A stretch of DNA of 63,098 nucleotides, filler included, from Reticulomyxa filosa (Eukaryota > Protista > Foraminifera), in NCBI GenBank assembly GCA_000512085.1. It is 15 parts of 15 records of this genome, joined end to end, with 100 filler letters (N's around TTAATTAATTAA, not from the genome) between each part and the next. Parts side by side here need not be neighbours in the genome. Positions count along the whole stretch, not along the records: positions 23,264 to 28,113 come from ASPP01023969.1; positions 28,214 to 31,850 come from ASPP01027609.1; positions 31,951 to 34,675 come from ASPP01004840.1; positions 34,776 to 36,218 come from ASPP01010052.1; positions 36,319 to 43,617 come from ASPP01009565.1; 10 more parts are not named here. One strand, given 5' to 3'. Position 1 is the first letter of the stretch. Every line of letters begins with the position of its first letter. The translations under genes and the position numbers were made by a program. Positions 26,405 through 38,814 of the stretch are shown here, piece after piece. Below the pieces are notes generated by a model, which saw only the letters and a list, made by a program, of their open reading frames with translations, was not told where the DNA came from and ran no database searches.

Positions 26405-28043
26405 ATGAATTTTATTCTTTTTCGTGTGGTGATCGCGGTCTTGCATTGCGTCTTGGTCTTTGCAATAGAGGTGCCAGTACTTTGTTACGTGGTGTACTTA
26501 TGGAAGCAAGACTCGAAAAAGAAGTACGTAGAAATAAGGTATCCAACATGGGGCAAAGCGATCATGATATCATGCGTGTTATATACGCTAGTGTACATCC
26601 CCATGGAGATAGTCGGAGTTGTAATGCAATGGATAGAATTTCCAATACGAATCGCGTCTTTGTTAGACGTCAATTGTGTGTTGATGTTGATAAACATGTT
26701 GATCGTGAAGCATTGGTTCACATATATCCACGTAAAAGTAGCTCAAGGGTCGCAAGAGTGGAGAAGTCTATTAAATCCAAAATATAAAAAGGCCAATGTG
26801 TTCGTGAAAAACCAGCAACTGCTTACCAGTCCTAAATGCATTACCGTACTTTTGCTTCTTCCCTTTCTTTTTCTCAATTCCATAATTATTCCGCTGTTTT
26901 TTCGCGATAGTTTTGAACTTAATTTTTTTTTTTTTTTACATATGCATATACTTCATATACATAAATTTAAACATTTATGTATTGTGGCTTATATACGTAT
27001 ACGTGCGTGTGTTTAAGTACTGCCTCATTAGTACTAATGTAATGAAGGCTATTGTATACGTACATTACAATTTATGCGATTTTGTTGAATGTTCTAAAGC
27101 CAAAAAAAAAAAAAAAAAAAAAAAATTTATAATAACAAAAATACAAAATGTTCAGATTTTGGTTTAGCGTTGGCACTGGCAATATTTCTGTTGCTAGGAA
27201 TGCTACTATTTTCCACCGTTTTTTTGAAAGACATATTGCGATTTGCCGATTTCTGGTTTTTGCGAAGGGAATTTAAAGTGCACATCTATGTATTGATATT
27301 CTATTCCCTTTGCTATTTGACATGCTTGGTGGTGACAGTGTTTCCCAAAGGGTTCAGACGGATCATATTGCATCAATCCTCGGGCGTGAACGGTCATTTC
27401 GAAACATTTGAAGTGTTGTTTATGTTCTCCTTGTTATTGAATCACAGCACTTCGGTGGTCTTGCTCATCGTCTCTGGCATTGAAGTTGTGCGGTGGAACA
27501 AAACCGCACAAAAATCAGTTCGACAAAACACACTACGGATACAAATGGCACAAACTTTACAGTTTGCCGAAACAGAAACAGAAACAGAAACAGAAACAGA
27601 AACGGAAACGAAAATGAAAACGGATGTCGACATTGCAAGTGAAAAAGAACTTGAACCCGAACTCGAACTTGTAACCGACTGTGACATAGAAATGCAAACG
27701 ACCACGGAAAGTACTACCAAAGCCAAGTCCAAAACGAAAATCGATTCGGAAAATCACAACACTGATACCATTGACATTGGCAGTGCTAACATTGTAGAGT
27801 TGATTCGAGACAAGGAAGCTTTTGAAGGTTGGCATAAAAAATAATTTGCAAAGAGAGAGAGACACAAAAAGAATTTATTTTTTTAATTTTTTAAATATGT
27901 AACATTATGTGTAGATGATTTACTTTTTGTGTAGCGAATTTTTAACATCAATATGCTAACTTTTTTTTTTTTTTTTTTTTTGTTGTGCTTTTGTACTTCA
28001 CCAATAGCTTTGATGATTCATCTAACCAGAGAATTTAGTGTTG
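26405..28043 (+). CDS. Multi-TM protein fused to an RGS domain (7TM-RGS type), 3' truncated
   Basis: About 6-7 hydrophobic helices with the IRYP motif after TM1, an acidic linker, then IVELIRDKEAFE|ALMIHLTREFSV(E) (exon 28008-28043), the start of an RGS domain (F..FL..EFS.EN). Confidence 0.7.
27569..27610 (+). repeat. (GAAACA/G)7 coding hexanucleotide repeat encoding (ET)7
   Basis: Directly visible tandem repeat within the 7TM-RGS linker. Confidence 0.95.
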
Positions 28044-28113
28044 GTTAGGTCACCCAATCAAAAAACGAAAATACGTCTCTTCTTTTCTTTTTATATTTAA
28101 AAAAAAAAAAAAA

Positions 28114-28213
28114 NNNNNNNNNNNNNNNNNNNNNNNNNNNNNNNNNNNNNNNNNNNNTTAATTAATTAANNNNNNNNNNNNNNNNNNNNNNNNNNNNNNN
28201 NNNNNNNNNNNNN
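28114..28213. other. Artificial contig linker
   Basis: 44N-TTAATTAATTAA-44N. Confidence 0.99.
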
Positions 28214-29699
28214 ACACAAAATTGGATCACCTATCAACAAGGGGCGCATCCAATATTTGTCATTCACTATCTGTCACCTTTGACTCAAGGCAAGCGAGTT
28301 ATCATAGACTTATTTATTTATTTTCGAACACAAAAAGTACTATGAAATTGAATAACTTACAAATAAAAAAAGGTCTGAAACAGCTCAAGATATATGTATA
28401 ATGAAGCAACGAAAGTAGAAGGTGAGCTGCAGCAAATGCAAATGGAATGTAGACGCAACTCCAACATCCCGATTTTCAGTTGCCTGTGAGGATGAAGTTG
28501 CTAGCAGTCTTCACAAACAAAATCAGAACGCAGATCATCACAAATGGCAGTTGATATAATGGGGACATCTTTCAGATGCAGCCGCGTATGAATCTGGAGA
28601 ACATCACAAGCGACAAACCTGCCAAATGGACAGCCCGCATCGAATGTACTGACTGAATGCCATTGAGAACAGAATGATGATACTGACCCCCAAAATTGGA
28701 TGGCCGTTCTTCGACATGAGATCGAGTAAATTGCCGCTGCAGACAAAGACTCCGTTTTTGCGTCTTTTAAATATTTGAAATTGGCCTCTTACTTAATTCC
28801 AATCTGCTTCAAGTTACTCTTTTTTTTCTGCTATTGCTGACAGTGATTAAAATTAGTGCATTGATTTTTTGGTAAACTATAGGACGTTAACAAAGAACTG
28901 ATAAATTCTTGAAGTAATGAAGAAAAAAGACAAACACTCGCTGGAAGATTTCATTTATGTTTTGTTTTTGTTTTTTTGTTTTCGAACAAAAAAATATCAA
29001 TCAAATTTAGTTTGATTGAAAAGTCTCTTTTTTACTTTTTTCAAGAAGCAACAGAAAAGGGATTTGCTATATTCATAATAATTTCCTTTATGAATGTATT
29101 TTGTTAGGCATTTGCTTTTCTCGTTTTTATTTTTTCCTTTATTCATTTGTTGTGTTTGATTCTTTATTTTATATCTTTTTTTGTGTGAAATGTTACTTTC
29201 ACGTGATTGTTGGATATTTAGTGAAAGCAATATTTTGTTTTGTACTTTTTGTTCGGATATTCATCAGCAGGATGTTTCCATCTGCGAAACTGTGCTTTTG
29301 TTTTACTTTTTTTTTGCTTTCTTCTTTTCGTTACTTGGTTTGAAAAGAAGATCACAAACAATCTGAAAAAAACCATTTAGTGATAAAAAAGTTATTGTCG
29401 CTGCTTTGAAAACTTCCAACTTTAGTGCATAAAATTTCTTCTAACCATGAAAATATCTTTCGAACTTTAAATAAGGAACGAAACTGATGTTGTACAAAAA
29501 ACAAAAAATCTGGAAAAATCTTTTAGTTTATATTGAGTTTTTTATTTATATGCTGGATAGTATCGTTGTGCAAAATATTTTTAAAAATTATTATGTATCA
29601 TAGGATACAATGACAAATGGTAATATCATAAGCATTGTAGAAATCTTCATCTTTGACTTTTTTCCATGTATTTCTTCTCACTGTTTCCGACAGAACACA

Positions 29700-30970
29700 G
29701 AATTCATGATGTTGCCTCCCATTGGAAAGATCGTCACTTATGTGATTGCCGTCATGCCAATCATTATTTCCGTTTTCTATTGATTCATGAAGTCACAATC
29801 AGATGACGTCAACGTGATCCTTTGACAGGACTGATTTTTTTTTCACTTTGCCAATGAAGCGAATGTATAATCATCGCCACATCAATCAGTTTGAATGCTA
29901 TTAAGGACATTGTTGAACTGTTTTATCAATATCTACAAATGCATATTCACATCTATCAAAACACTACACATAATGTATAACATAGCGATGACAAATGTAA
30001 GTACCAGATTTGCTTCAGATCGGCGAGTTGTCGAATAGACAGGTGGAGTTGGCCTTGCCTTGAGCATTTATATCGATTACCAACTGCAGGAGCCTTCCCA
30101 ATCTTGCAATGTCATATATCTGCCAATAGTCATATCATGATCGCATGCTCTCTGCCTGCCATGTTTTGCGTCTGTTCAATCATTATCAGACAGTTTCCCA
30201 TTCATTAATGCAATTACTATTCTCCAACTTGTTTGCCGCCACATCAGTCATATCGCAATTGCTCTTATCCATATATCGATTGTGTTCATTTCACTAACGG
30301 CAATTGCGGTATTGATATCGCACACATCATCAATCGTCTTCACTTTGGTCGAAGTCATTGTTTTTATCAGCATCTTGGCTGTGATTTTGTCTTTATCACA
30401 TCGATTGCTTTTTTAATTCACACAATACAGAACAATTGAAAAAAAAGAATATACATAAATCATATATACACACCCGTTGATAGTTTGTTGTGGTCAAAAC
30501 TGAACTTTGTGCTGATACCGTCACGTACAAAGTGGTCATACGAAGGTTCCAAATTGTCTGCATTTGTTTCCCCGTGTTTCTATTGTTGTTATTATTGCAA
30601 TTATTGACACAAACGTCAACAGTGAGTTTGAGTGAAATAGCATGTGGACTTTTCTTGAAGCTGTAATGTGGTATTGATAGTAGTTGATACTTGACGAAGA
30701 TGATTACTGCATAAATTAGTTCTTAGATAGTGTCCATTGATTGCTTGACTTGTTGTTCGTACTGCAGCACTGTTTTTCTTCTCTTGACACGTTTGCAATT
30801 CTCTTTGCACTGTAACTCATTCTCTATATCAATTGCGCTCGTACTCTCTTTGTGGACCGCTTTAGCACGCAATCAATCGATGAAGTGTTCATCATTTATT
30901 TACGTCATTAATTTGACTTTCATAATATCTTTCATTATATTCTTTACTTACATGGTTTGATTTATCATGT
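29700..30970 (-). pseudogene. Degraded coding-like sequence, possible ZZ zinc-finger remnant
   Basis: Higher GC than the flanks, no long ORF. Fragment CKIGKAPAVGNRYKCS near 30060-30110 resembles the ZZ 'PI.G.RYKC' motif. Confidence 0.25.
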
Positions 30971-31850
30971 TTTCTCTTTTCTTTTCTGATAGCAAACGCC
31001 ACTGAAACTCATTTTTTGTTGGTGAAACTTGATACATTACAAAAACCAACATAAAAAAAATTGAATCACATCCCCCATCAAACACTTTTGTAAATTTTTT
31101 TTTTTACAAAAAGTGGTTTTTTTATAAAAATTGGTTCAAAAATGACCCGCAAATTACAAAAAATGACCCAGTTCTGAAAAACGTCTCATTTTAGAAAAAA
31201 AGAATAGTTGATATGTCATTTGACCGATACTGCTTTAACTAATTACTGTTTTTTTTTTAATTGTTATCCAAAAATATGCAAAATAAAAAAGTGAAATCAA
31301 AAAACATCATAGTCCAACAGCAAAAAGCACACAAAATTGGACAAAATGTTATTTATTGAAAACAACATTAACAAAAATTTAAATTTCTATTTGAAAAAAA
31401 AAATACGTACAAATCATAATTATTTAAAAACAGTTTACATGTACGTATCGGCATAATCAGGAAACCAAAGTTTTAGCTTCAAAGTTGCGTTTTTAAAAAA
31501 CCGGAACAATTTAATAGAAACCATTGTGGAAACTTGATATAGGACAAACAATCTATTGTTGATCCTTGAAATTTCAAAAATAAAAAATTCGCGGATGAAC
31601 ATAAGATTTCATAAATAGCATACATATCCACACGCTTTCAGTTTACGATCACCTTTATAAGCCAAGAAATTCTAATTAGAAGCGCAACCAGATAAACCTT
31701 TTTTTTAAAAAACATGTCCACAAAATTATTCTTTTAAAAAGTTTTAAACATATACTCACCAAACAAAAAAATCTCGAGTTTCTAACTGACAAAGTCGGCG
31801 ACGAATGCAGTGATATTGTCACCAAGTTAGTTTTGGTCATGACAGTGTGG

Positions 31851-31950
31851 NNNNNNNNNNNNNNNNNNNNNNNNNNNNNNNNNNNNNNNNNNNNTTAATT
31901 AATTAANNNNNNNNNNNNNNNNNNNNNNNNNNNNNNNNNNNNNNNNNNNN
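31851..31950. other. Artificial contig linker
   Basis: 44N-TTAATTAATTAA-44N. Confidence 0.99.
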
Positions 31951-34675
31951 CATTTCCATGATATAATATCTAATACTATTTTTTGTGCTGCATAATATTC
32001 TTGACATGATTTATGTAAAAATTGATATTTATTATCACCTATTCTTCTTAATACATATTTAGCAATACTATCACCATTAAAATATTTTTCCCAATTATCT
32101 TTTATTTTTAATATTGATATATTATCTATTTCATTCATTTTTATTTCTATTTTTTCATCAATACTTTTATTCTCTATTTCTATTTTTGGATCTAATGTAC
32201 AATATATTTCTTCTTTTTCATATCTAATACCTTTTTCAATAGCAATTGAATTTTTATATAAAAACATATCATATGCTAAATCTTGACAATATTTTTGAAA
32301 TGATAATTTTATTTTTTTAAAATTTGTTTGTATATTTAATTCTGATAATTTATTACAAATATTTTGTATATGTATATCAATCCATTGTTCATTAAATGTT
32401 TCATATACTTGTGTTTTTAATATTTTAGTTCTTAAAGGTTGTTGTTTCATTAATGATGGTAATACTGTTAATAATAATTTTAAAAAAAATGGTTCTTCTA
32501 TCATTTTATTTAAATTTGGATAATTTTTTAATGTTTTTTCATATGTTTGTGATGTCCAATCTTCTTTTGTATTAATTTTATTCTTTTCTTTCATTTTAAC
32601 AAATTTTTCAATATAATCATGTATTTGATTATTTGAAAAAGGCCATAAATATATTATTGATGTTGATAAATTTTTACCAATTAATACTTGTTTTACATCA
32701 TCATTATTTAATATATTATTTCTACAAGTAATAATTATTTTTGAATTCCATTGATCTAAATTAAAACGATTATAAAAATATTTTTCTTTATCATTATTAT
32801 TATTATTATTATTATAACTATCAAATATTTCATCAAATCCATCTAAAATAAATATAAATGAAATATTTTCACGAATAATATCTAACATTTCTTTATTAAT
32901 TTGTTTCATTTGTAATGCTTGAGAAATTAATCCTTGTTCATTAAAATGATTATAATATTTTGGTAATGATATATAAATAGGAATATATTTAGTTGTATTA
33001 TATGTTTTCCATAAAATTTCTTCTAAATAACGACAAAATAAACTTTTTCCAGATCCTGAATTTCCTTGAATTATCATAACTTTTTTTTGTTGATAATCAT
33101 TTTTTGATTCTTCTAAAAAATTAATTATATGTTCATAACAATCATAAGCATTATTTTTTTTTCTATCTATATTATCATTATATGGATAATTATTTGCTTG
33201 TAATGGTATATATGTTTCTATAGCTTGTGATATTATAATATCTTCTTCTAATTCTAATTTTCTTGATTCTTGTAATATTAATGAAACATCTATACAACTT
33301 GCTGGATTTGTTTCACCAATAATATATTTTTTATAATATTCATATAAAATTACATAAATAGCTTGTCCTTTTATTTTAATAGGTGTAAATTTACAAAGTT
33401 GATCATATATAAATTTAATTAATTTTAATACAATATTATTATTAATTTGTTCTTCTGTTATATTTTTTAATTTTGGTGATTTTAAAATTCCTATTTCTAA
33501 ATTAGATTTATAATAACTTGCAATTCTTTTTATTTCTTTTTCATCAATCCATTCATATATAATATCATTCATTTTTATTAATATATCATCACTTGCTCTT
33601 TTTAATTCTTCTTCTTTTGATGAATTATTTGGTTTCCATCCTTTAATTAATTCATAAAATATATCAATTAATTTTGGATTTTCAATTATAGTATAACCTT
33701 CTAATGTAGTAAATTTTTTTAAAGTTGTTTGTATTTCAATATAAACATCATATTTTTGAATATATAATTTAATATTATGAAAACGATAATGTGTTTTTGA
33801 TTGTTTTTCAAAAAAATCTTTATCTTCAGAAATAATTAAATTAAATTGTTCAGCTTTTTTCATTATTGCAATAGCAGTTTGTAATTTTGTTAAATTATCA
33901 CATAAAAGAATAAATCTTCCAATATCAAATACTTTATTAAAATCACCATTATAATTTTTTTGAATCTTTTCTATTAATATTTCATTATCTTCTTTTATAT
34001 TTAATTGTTTTATAATTGTAATTGAATATTTTTGTAATTCTGTTACTAAATTATTTATTTCAATACTATTCATTGCTTTTTCAATTCTTTCTTTTAAATC
34101 TTCAATACTTATTGCATGTTGTCTTATTTTTTGTGCATTTAAATCATAAGAAATTCCAGATTTAATTGAATATAAACGTTGATAATGATTATCTTTTACT
34201 GATATTGAATCACCTCCATTTGTACATATTGAATATTCACAATTATAAAACATTACTTTCATAATTGATGCAATTGTCATTTTTTTACAATCAGGACAAC
34301 AAAATGATGTCTTATCTGATATAAATGAAATATTATCAAATCCAATGTTAATCCAAACTGGTAATTTTTCTTTTGATATAAAACAATTTTCATTTGTGCA
34401 ATATCCTTGCAAATTTATTCCTGATTTTATTTCTCCAATTTCTGTTTTTTCAATTTCTTTTTGAACACTTTTACGTTTGATTTGATTTGTTGTATTTCCT
34501 TCATTTATATTTTCCTCCAATTGTTGTTTCTATTTTCAATTTTATAAATATATATATATATATATTTTTTAAAATAATAATAATTATTATATCACATTTT
34601 CAACCTGCTCAATATTTTCCAATTGTTCAATACTTGTCTCTAATTCTAATTTCTTATTTGCATTCTTTGTTTTTT
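31951..34675 (-). CDS. NLR-like STAND protein: Cys4 Zn-ribbon-like module + RelA/SpoT-like nucleotidyltransferase domain + NACHT NTPase; truncated at both contig ends
   Basis: Walker A GNSGSGKS (33065-33042), YIPIYISL, Walker B FILDGFDE (~32855-32829), sensor IIITCR, P-F/L motif EPFFL and winged-helix motif YQFLHKSCQEYYAA. Upstream: EKIQKNYNGDFNKVFDIGRF...KDFF...THYRFHNIKL...YIEIQTTL (~33998-33642) and GINLQGYCTNENC...CPDC (~34421-34285). A short upstream exon lies at ~34595-34675. Confidence 0.85.
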
Positions 34676-34775
34676 NNNNNNNNNNNNNNNNNNNNNNNNN
34701 NNNNNNNNNNNNNNNNNNNTTAATTAATTAANNNNNNNNNNNNNNNNNNNNNNNNNNNNNNNNNNNNNNNNNNNN
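34676..34775. other. Artificial contig linker
   Basis: 44N-TTAATTAATTAA-44N. Confidence 0.99.
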
Positions 34776-35110
34776 GGAGAATTTGTGGGAAGAGAATGGG
34801 GGGAAAAAAGTGTTGGAGGGAAAAAAAAGGAGGGAAAAATTTGAGTGAAAAAAAGGGAGGGAAAAATGTGATGGAAAAAAAAGAGATTGGAAAAAAATGT
34901 GAAAAAAAGAGAAAAAAATTTTATTTGAGAATAGAAAAAAAAAAAAGAATTAGAATCAAAAAAAATAAAAAAATGACTGGAAAATGAAAAATAAAAAAAA
35001 ATGACAATTGGAAAAAAATATAAAAAAGAGATTAAAAATAAAAGAAATAAATAAAAAAGAAAAAAAAAAAGAGAAAAATAAAAAAAAGAAGAATGAAAAT
35101 GAGAAGAAGA
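34776..35110 (+). repeat. Purine-rich (A/G) low-complexity tract at contig start
   Basis: Irregular A and G runs with almost no C; possibly a low-quality read end. Confidence 0.8.
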
Positions 35111-36218
35111 AGGAGAAGGCAGCAACAATAACGACAACAGCAAAAGTGGCAGCCAAACGCGTTTGAAGGGCTTGTGGTTGATGTCGAACAAGTCTATGTG
35201 AAGTGGCAAAGGTCAAAGAGATTGCGGGCGGACAATGGAACTAAGTTGTGGTGGAAATGGCGAAAAGTTCATAATCGATTGAGGAGACTGGTCATTCATA
35301 TAAAAACTGATCGTGTACGTGCGCGTATGCGCAACTTTGAACTGTTACAAGTGCGACGATGTGAAGAACCTTGAGCTCGCGGATGGAATTTAGAATTGTT
35401 GAATATGGAGATGTGCAGAAAGATTTGTCTCATTTTTAATTTTGTTGCTGCAAAAGTTACGTGCCTTATGTTTGTCGAGCGATGCTGATTTTCTTTGTTT
35501 GATTGTCTCCGGATCAACTTTGTGCAAACTGTAGACTTGTTAGTTGCAACGTAATAATTTGCATTTGTTGTATTTTCTCAGCACTTGAAGAAAATCATAT
35601 AGCCAAAAAGAAAAAAAGACTATGATATCGCGCAAGCGAAAACGATATATGGCAGCAGCGACTGTACTTAGAAGAAGATAAGGCGAGTAAAGAAAAGGAC
35701 GATGAAGTTGTTAGAAAAGAATCCACATCTGGATCAAGCAAACTACTACGTTGGAGAACCGTTCGACGTGATATTGGTTCAAGTTGGTTGAGGAGTTGCG
35801 CGAAACTCACACGAAGACCCGCCAATCAAGAGAAAGAGTATGTGGATGAAGAGAAAGAGTATTTCAAGCATATCGTGTTGGACTTGTTTTTAAAAGAAAA
35901 AAAAGCGCCGGTCGGCTTCGCTGAGTTTGGTGATGAAATTCCGATTCATGTCTGGAAACGCGGAAATTCGCCATTCGCGGGCGTGGACTACCTTCTCGTA
36001 TCGCACACCAATGGAAAAGTCTGAACAAATGCGACAATGTCTAGCAATGGCAACGCGAAACATTGGAAAGGACTTGTTTGTCATCAACGTAGGCGCACAC
36101 AAGTCTATGAGGATAACACTTGGCGCAGAACATCACCAAAGAAGAAGTCGAACTGCGGTCTGTAGGTGACAACAAGTGAAAATCGTCGTTATGGAAATAA
36201 TGTGAACCAAAACAACAA
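35110..36218 (+). pseudogene. Coding-like but stop-riddled sequence, family not recognised
   Basis: Elevated GC and short protein-like fragments in alternating frames (e.g. EKEYFKHIVLDLFLKEKKAPVGFAEFGDEIPIHVW); no intact ORF. Confidence 0.3.
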
Positions 36219-36318
36219 NNNNNNNNNNNNNNNNNNNNNNNNNNNNNNNNNNNNNNNNNNNNTTAATTAATTAANNNNNNNNNNNNNNNNNNNNNNNNNN
36301 NNNNNNNNNNNNNNNNNN
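36219..36318. other. Artificial contig linker
   Basis: 44N-TTAATTAATTAA-44N. Confidence 0.99.
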
Positions 36319-36362
36319 AAAAAAAAAAAAAAAAAGAACCAAAAAAAAAAAAAAAAAAAAAA
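36319..36362. repeat. Poly-A/T tract at contig break (intronic)
   Basis: Visible homopolymer; many contigs in this window break at such runs. Confidence 0.8.
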
Positions 36363-36515
36363 TGTGAGCTTTGGAGTTGTGTTTCTGCATGGTACACTAC
36401 AATATTTATTTGTATTTATTTGAGTATATACATCATATACATGTACATATATATATATATATGTATAAAATAAATGGCATGTATTTCTTTTCTTTATTTT
36501 GTTTATGTATTGCAC

Positions 36516-37893
36516 ACCAACAGTCGAATACATCAATTTCTTATCCTTTCTTCGCTCTGCGGCTTTGCTTTTCAAATCGGAGTCGCTCATCCTTTTCTCT
36601 TCATCTGGCTCTTCAGTCTCATTTTCAGGATCGCTGTCGCCCTCATTGCTTCCATTGGGAGTCTTGTTCTGATATTTTGTCACAAACGCGTCTGTGCTTG
36701 TGTTGAATGATTTGGCCAGGCCAAAGTCGGTGAGTTTGATATGACCATTACTTGCGATCAATATATTGTCTGGTTTCAAATCTCTTTCATTAATTTTTTT
36801 ATTTTTTTTTTTATTTATTGTTTACAAAAAATTGAAAACAAGTGAAATATATGTATATGTACATATATGTGTATATACACACATATATTGCAATTTGTAA
36901 CCTGTGAACAAATTCCAAATCGTGTACCGCGTTGATGGCAAGCGTAACCTCCGCCATGTAAAAAGCGGTTTGAGCTTCGCTCAAAGTGTCGTGTTTCATC
37001 AAGATGCCCATAAAGTCGCCCCCACCACAGTATTCCATCACCAAGTACAAATACGTGTCATCTTGGAATGAGTAGTGTAGTTTCACCAAAAACGGACTGT
37101 CGACTGCTTTTTCCATCAGTTCTTTTTCCGCTGGGCCCAGGTCGATCGGACAGAGGGGAAAAAAAAAGGTCATATAATTCCAACAGACGACAATCCCCAA
37201 ACAAACAAACAATAAAGTGTTATGGAATGTCTCTCTCTCCAATATTTTTAATTCATTTGAAAAGACCCTAAAAAAAATAATTATTATTATACGTTTTTTA
37301 TGCACAATGTCTCCTTCCCCCTTTTTTTTTTTTTTTGAGCATAGGATCGTGTTCAAACTTTTTAGTGGTTGCGTGAGCGCTCCATGGAGTGAAATTGTGT
37401 GCCTTACAAAAAAAAAAAAAGAAAACTATGCATAGTATACATATGTTTCATTCTTACACTTAACGCGGCCCGCCTGATGACGGGCAATCATATCTTTTTT
37501 TCGCATCGTTTTCATTGCATATACTTCTTTGTTATGCTTGTGTCGCACAATTCTCACTTCTCCAAAACCCCCTTTGCCAATCACTTTGATTAACGCAAAG
37601 TCTTTGAGACACACTTTATGTCGCTCTTCACGCAAGGCACTTCTCTCGTTTTCCATAAATTCTTTCAGGTATTTTTGCTTCTGACCCTCTTCTAACCCAC
37701 TGTCTTGCAATTTTTTGTTTATTTGTGATAATCTGGTCTCCCGCTCTCGTTGAAACGATACCCTTTTTCTCACCGTGTTTTCTACCCTCTGCTTCATCTG
37801 AGCCACCTTTTCTAATGTCGCTTCACTTGGTGAACGATCATGTGTATTGGTCTTTTTTGCTGCTTGAGCAGCTCTTTGAGCTCGAAGTGACAT
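36516..37893 (-). CDS. NDR/LATS-family AGC serine/threonine kinase, 3' truncated
   Basis: Mob-binding NTR (RETRL...E..ALREERHKV), IGKGGFGEV, YAMKTMRK, FQDDTYLYLVMEYCGGGD, HR|DLKPDN, TDFGLAK, long activation-segment insert ending MYSTVG. Confidence 0.93.
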
Positions 37894-38814
37894 AATTGAT
37901 TTATTTGCTTTTTTTCTTTATTGCTTTATACTTGCACAAATTTTCATTTGAACTTTTTGGGCAAGTCTGTACCAGAAGTTTGTCCACATTAAAAAGATTC
38001 GTTACAAAAAAATGCAGTGATAAAAACTCGACAAAGGCCAGCCAACAAGTAAAATCATCTACAGATACTTTTGATTGACTCAACAAAATACGCAATCATC
38101 AAAACTAAAATAATGCATTCAATAACTTAGAAGCAATTGTGCATTTTTCAAGAGATGTAAATCAAACCACATTGTAGATATAAATAAAAAAGCATAATGG
38201 GATTAGACATTTTCATTTAAAGCATAAGTGGCTTATAATATTTTTGACGCTAAATAGCGAGGAAATATGATGTGTTCACAAAAAAAGCTATGTATACATA
38301 GTCTTCGTAAAGTGTTAGTCTATGTAAGAATTATATGTAAATATAAAAGTTAATAATATAAGAAATGCATGCATAAACACGTTTTTGATTAAAAAGATAT
38401 TTTAAACTAATAAAAATAGTGCAAGAATGAGGGAAAGTTCTTCGAAAGTAGGTTTGAGAAATCCTGTTTTCTGATCGTTGAAGATCGTTACAAGATATGA
38501 TCAATCATTAGAATAGCAAAAATATTTGACCTTAGGCCGGACACTATTTTTTACAAGGAATATACTTTTTGGAAAAGATCCTAATTTAGAGATGACATTT
38601 TAGCTGAAATTGTGACTTTAGATGTTTGTGATTTGTTAGTTTCTACTCAAATGAAAATGCAAGTTGTCTTCAAGTTTTTTTTTTTACTTATTGATTTCCG
38701 TAAAATAGGACCAAAGCGTGCAAACAAGGAAAAAAGAGAATTTTTTTTTTACATCCGTCCCCGTCCAAAACAAAGCAAACAGCTGAAAAAAAAGATATAT
38801 TAATGCATGATTAA

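Noticed and set aside
28400-28810. GC-richer coding-like patch; similar patch at 56470-56900
   Set aside because: Stops in all frames and no recognisable family; possibly old pseudogene debris but not supportable as a feature.
34724-35216. Poly-Phe and poly-Lys ORFs
   Set aside because: Translations of a purine-only low-complexity contig end; no coding signal.
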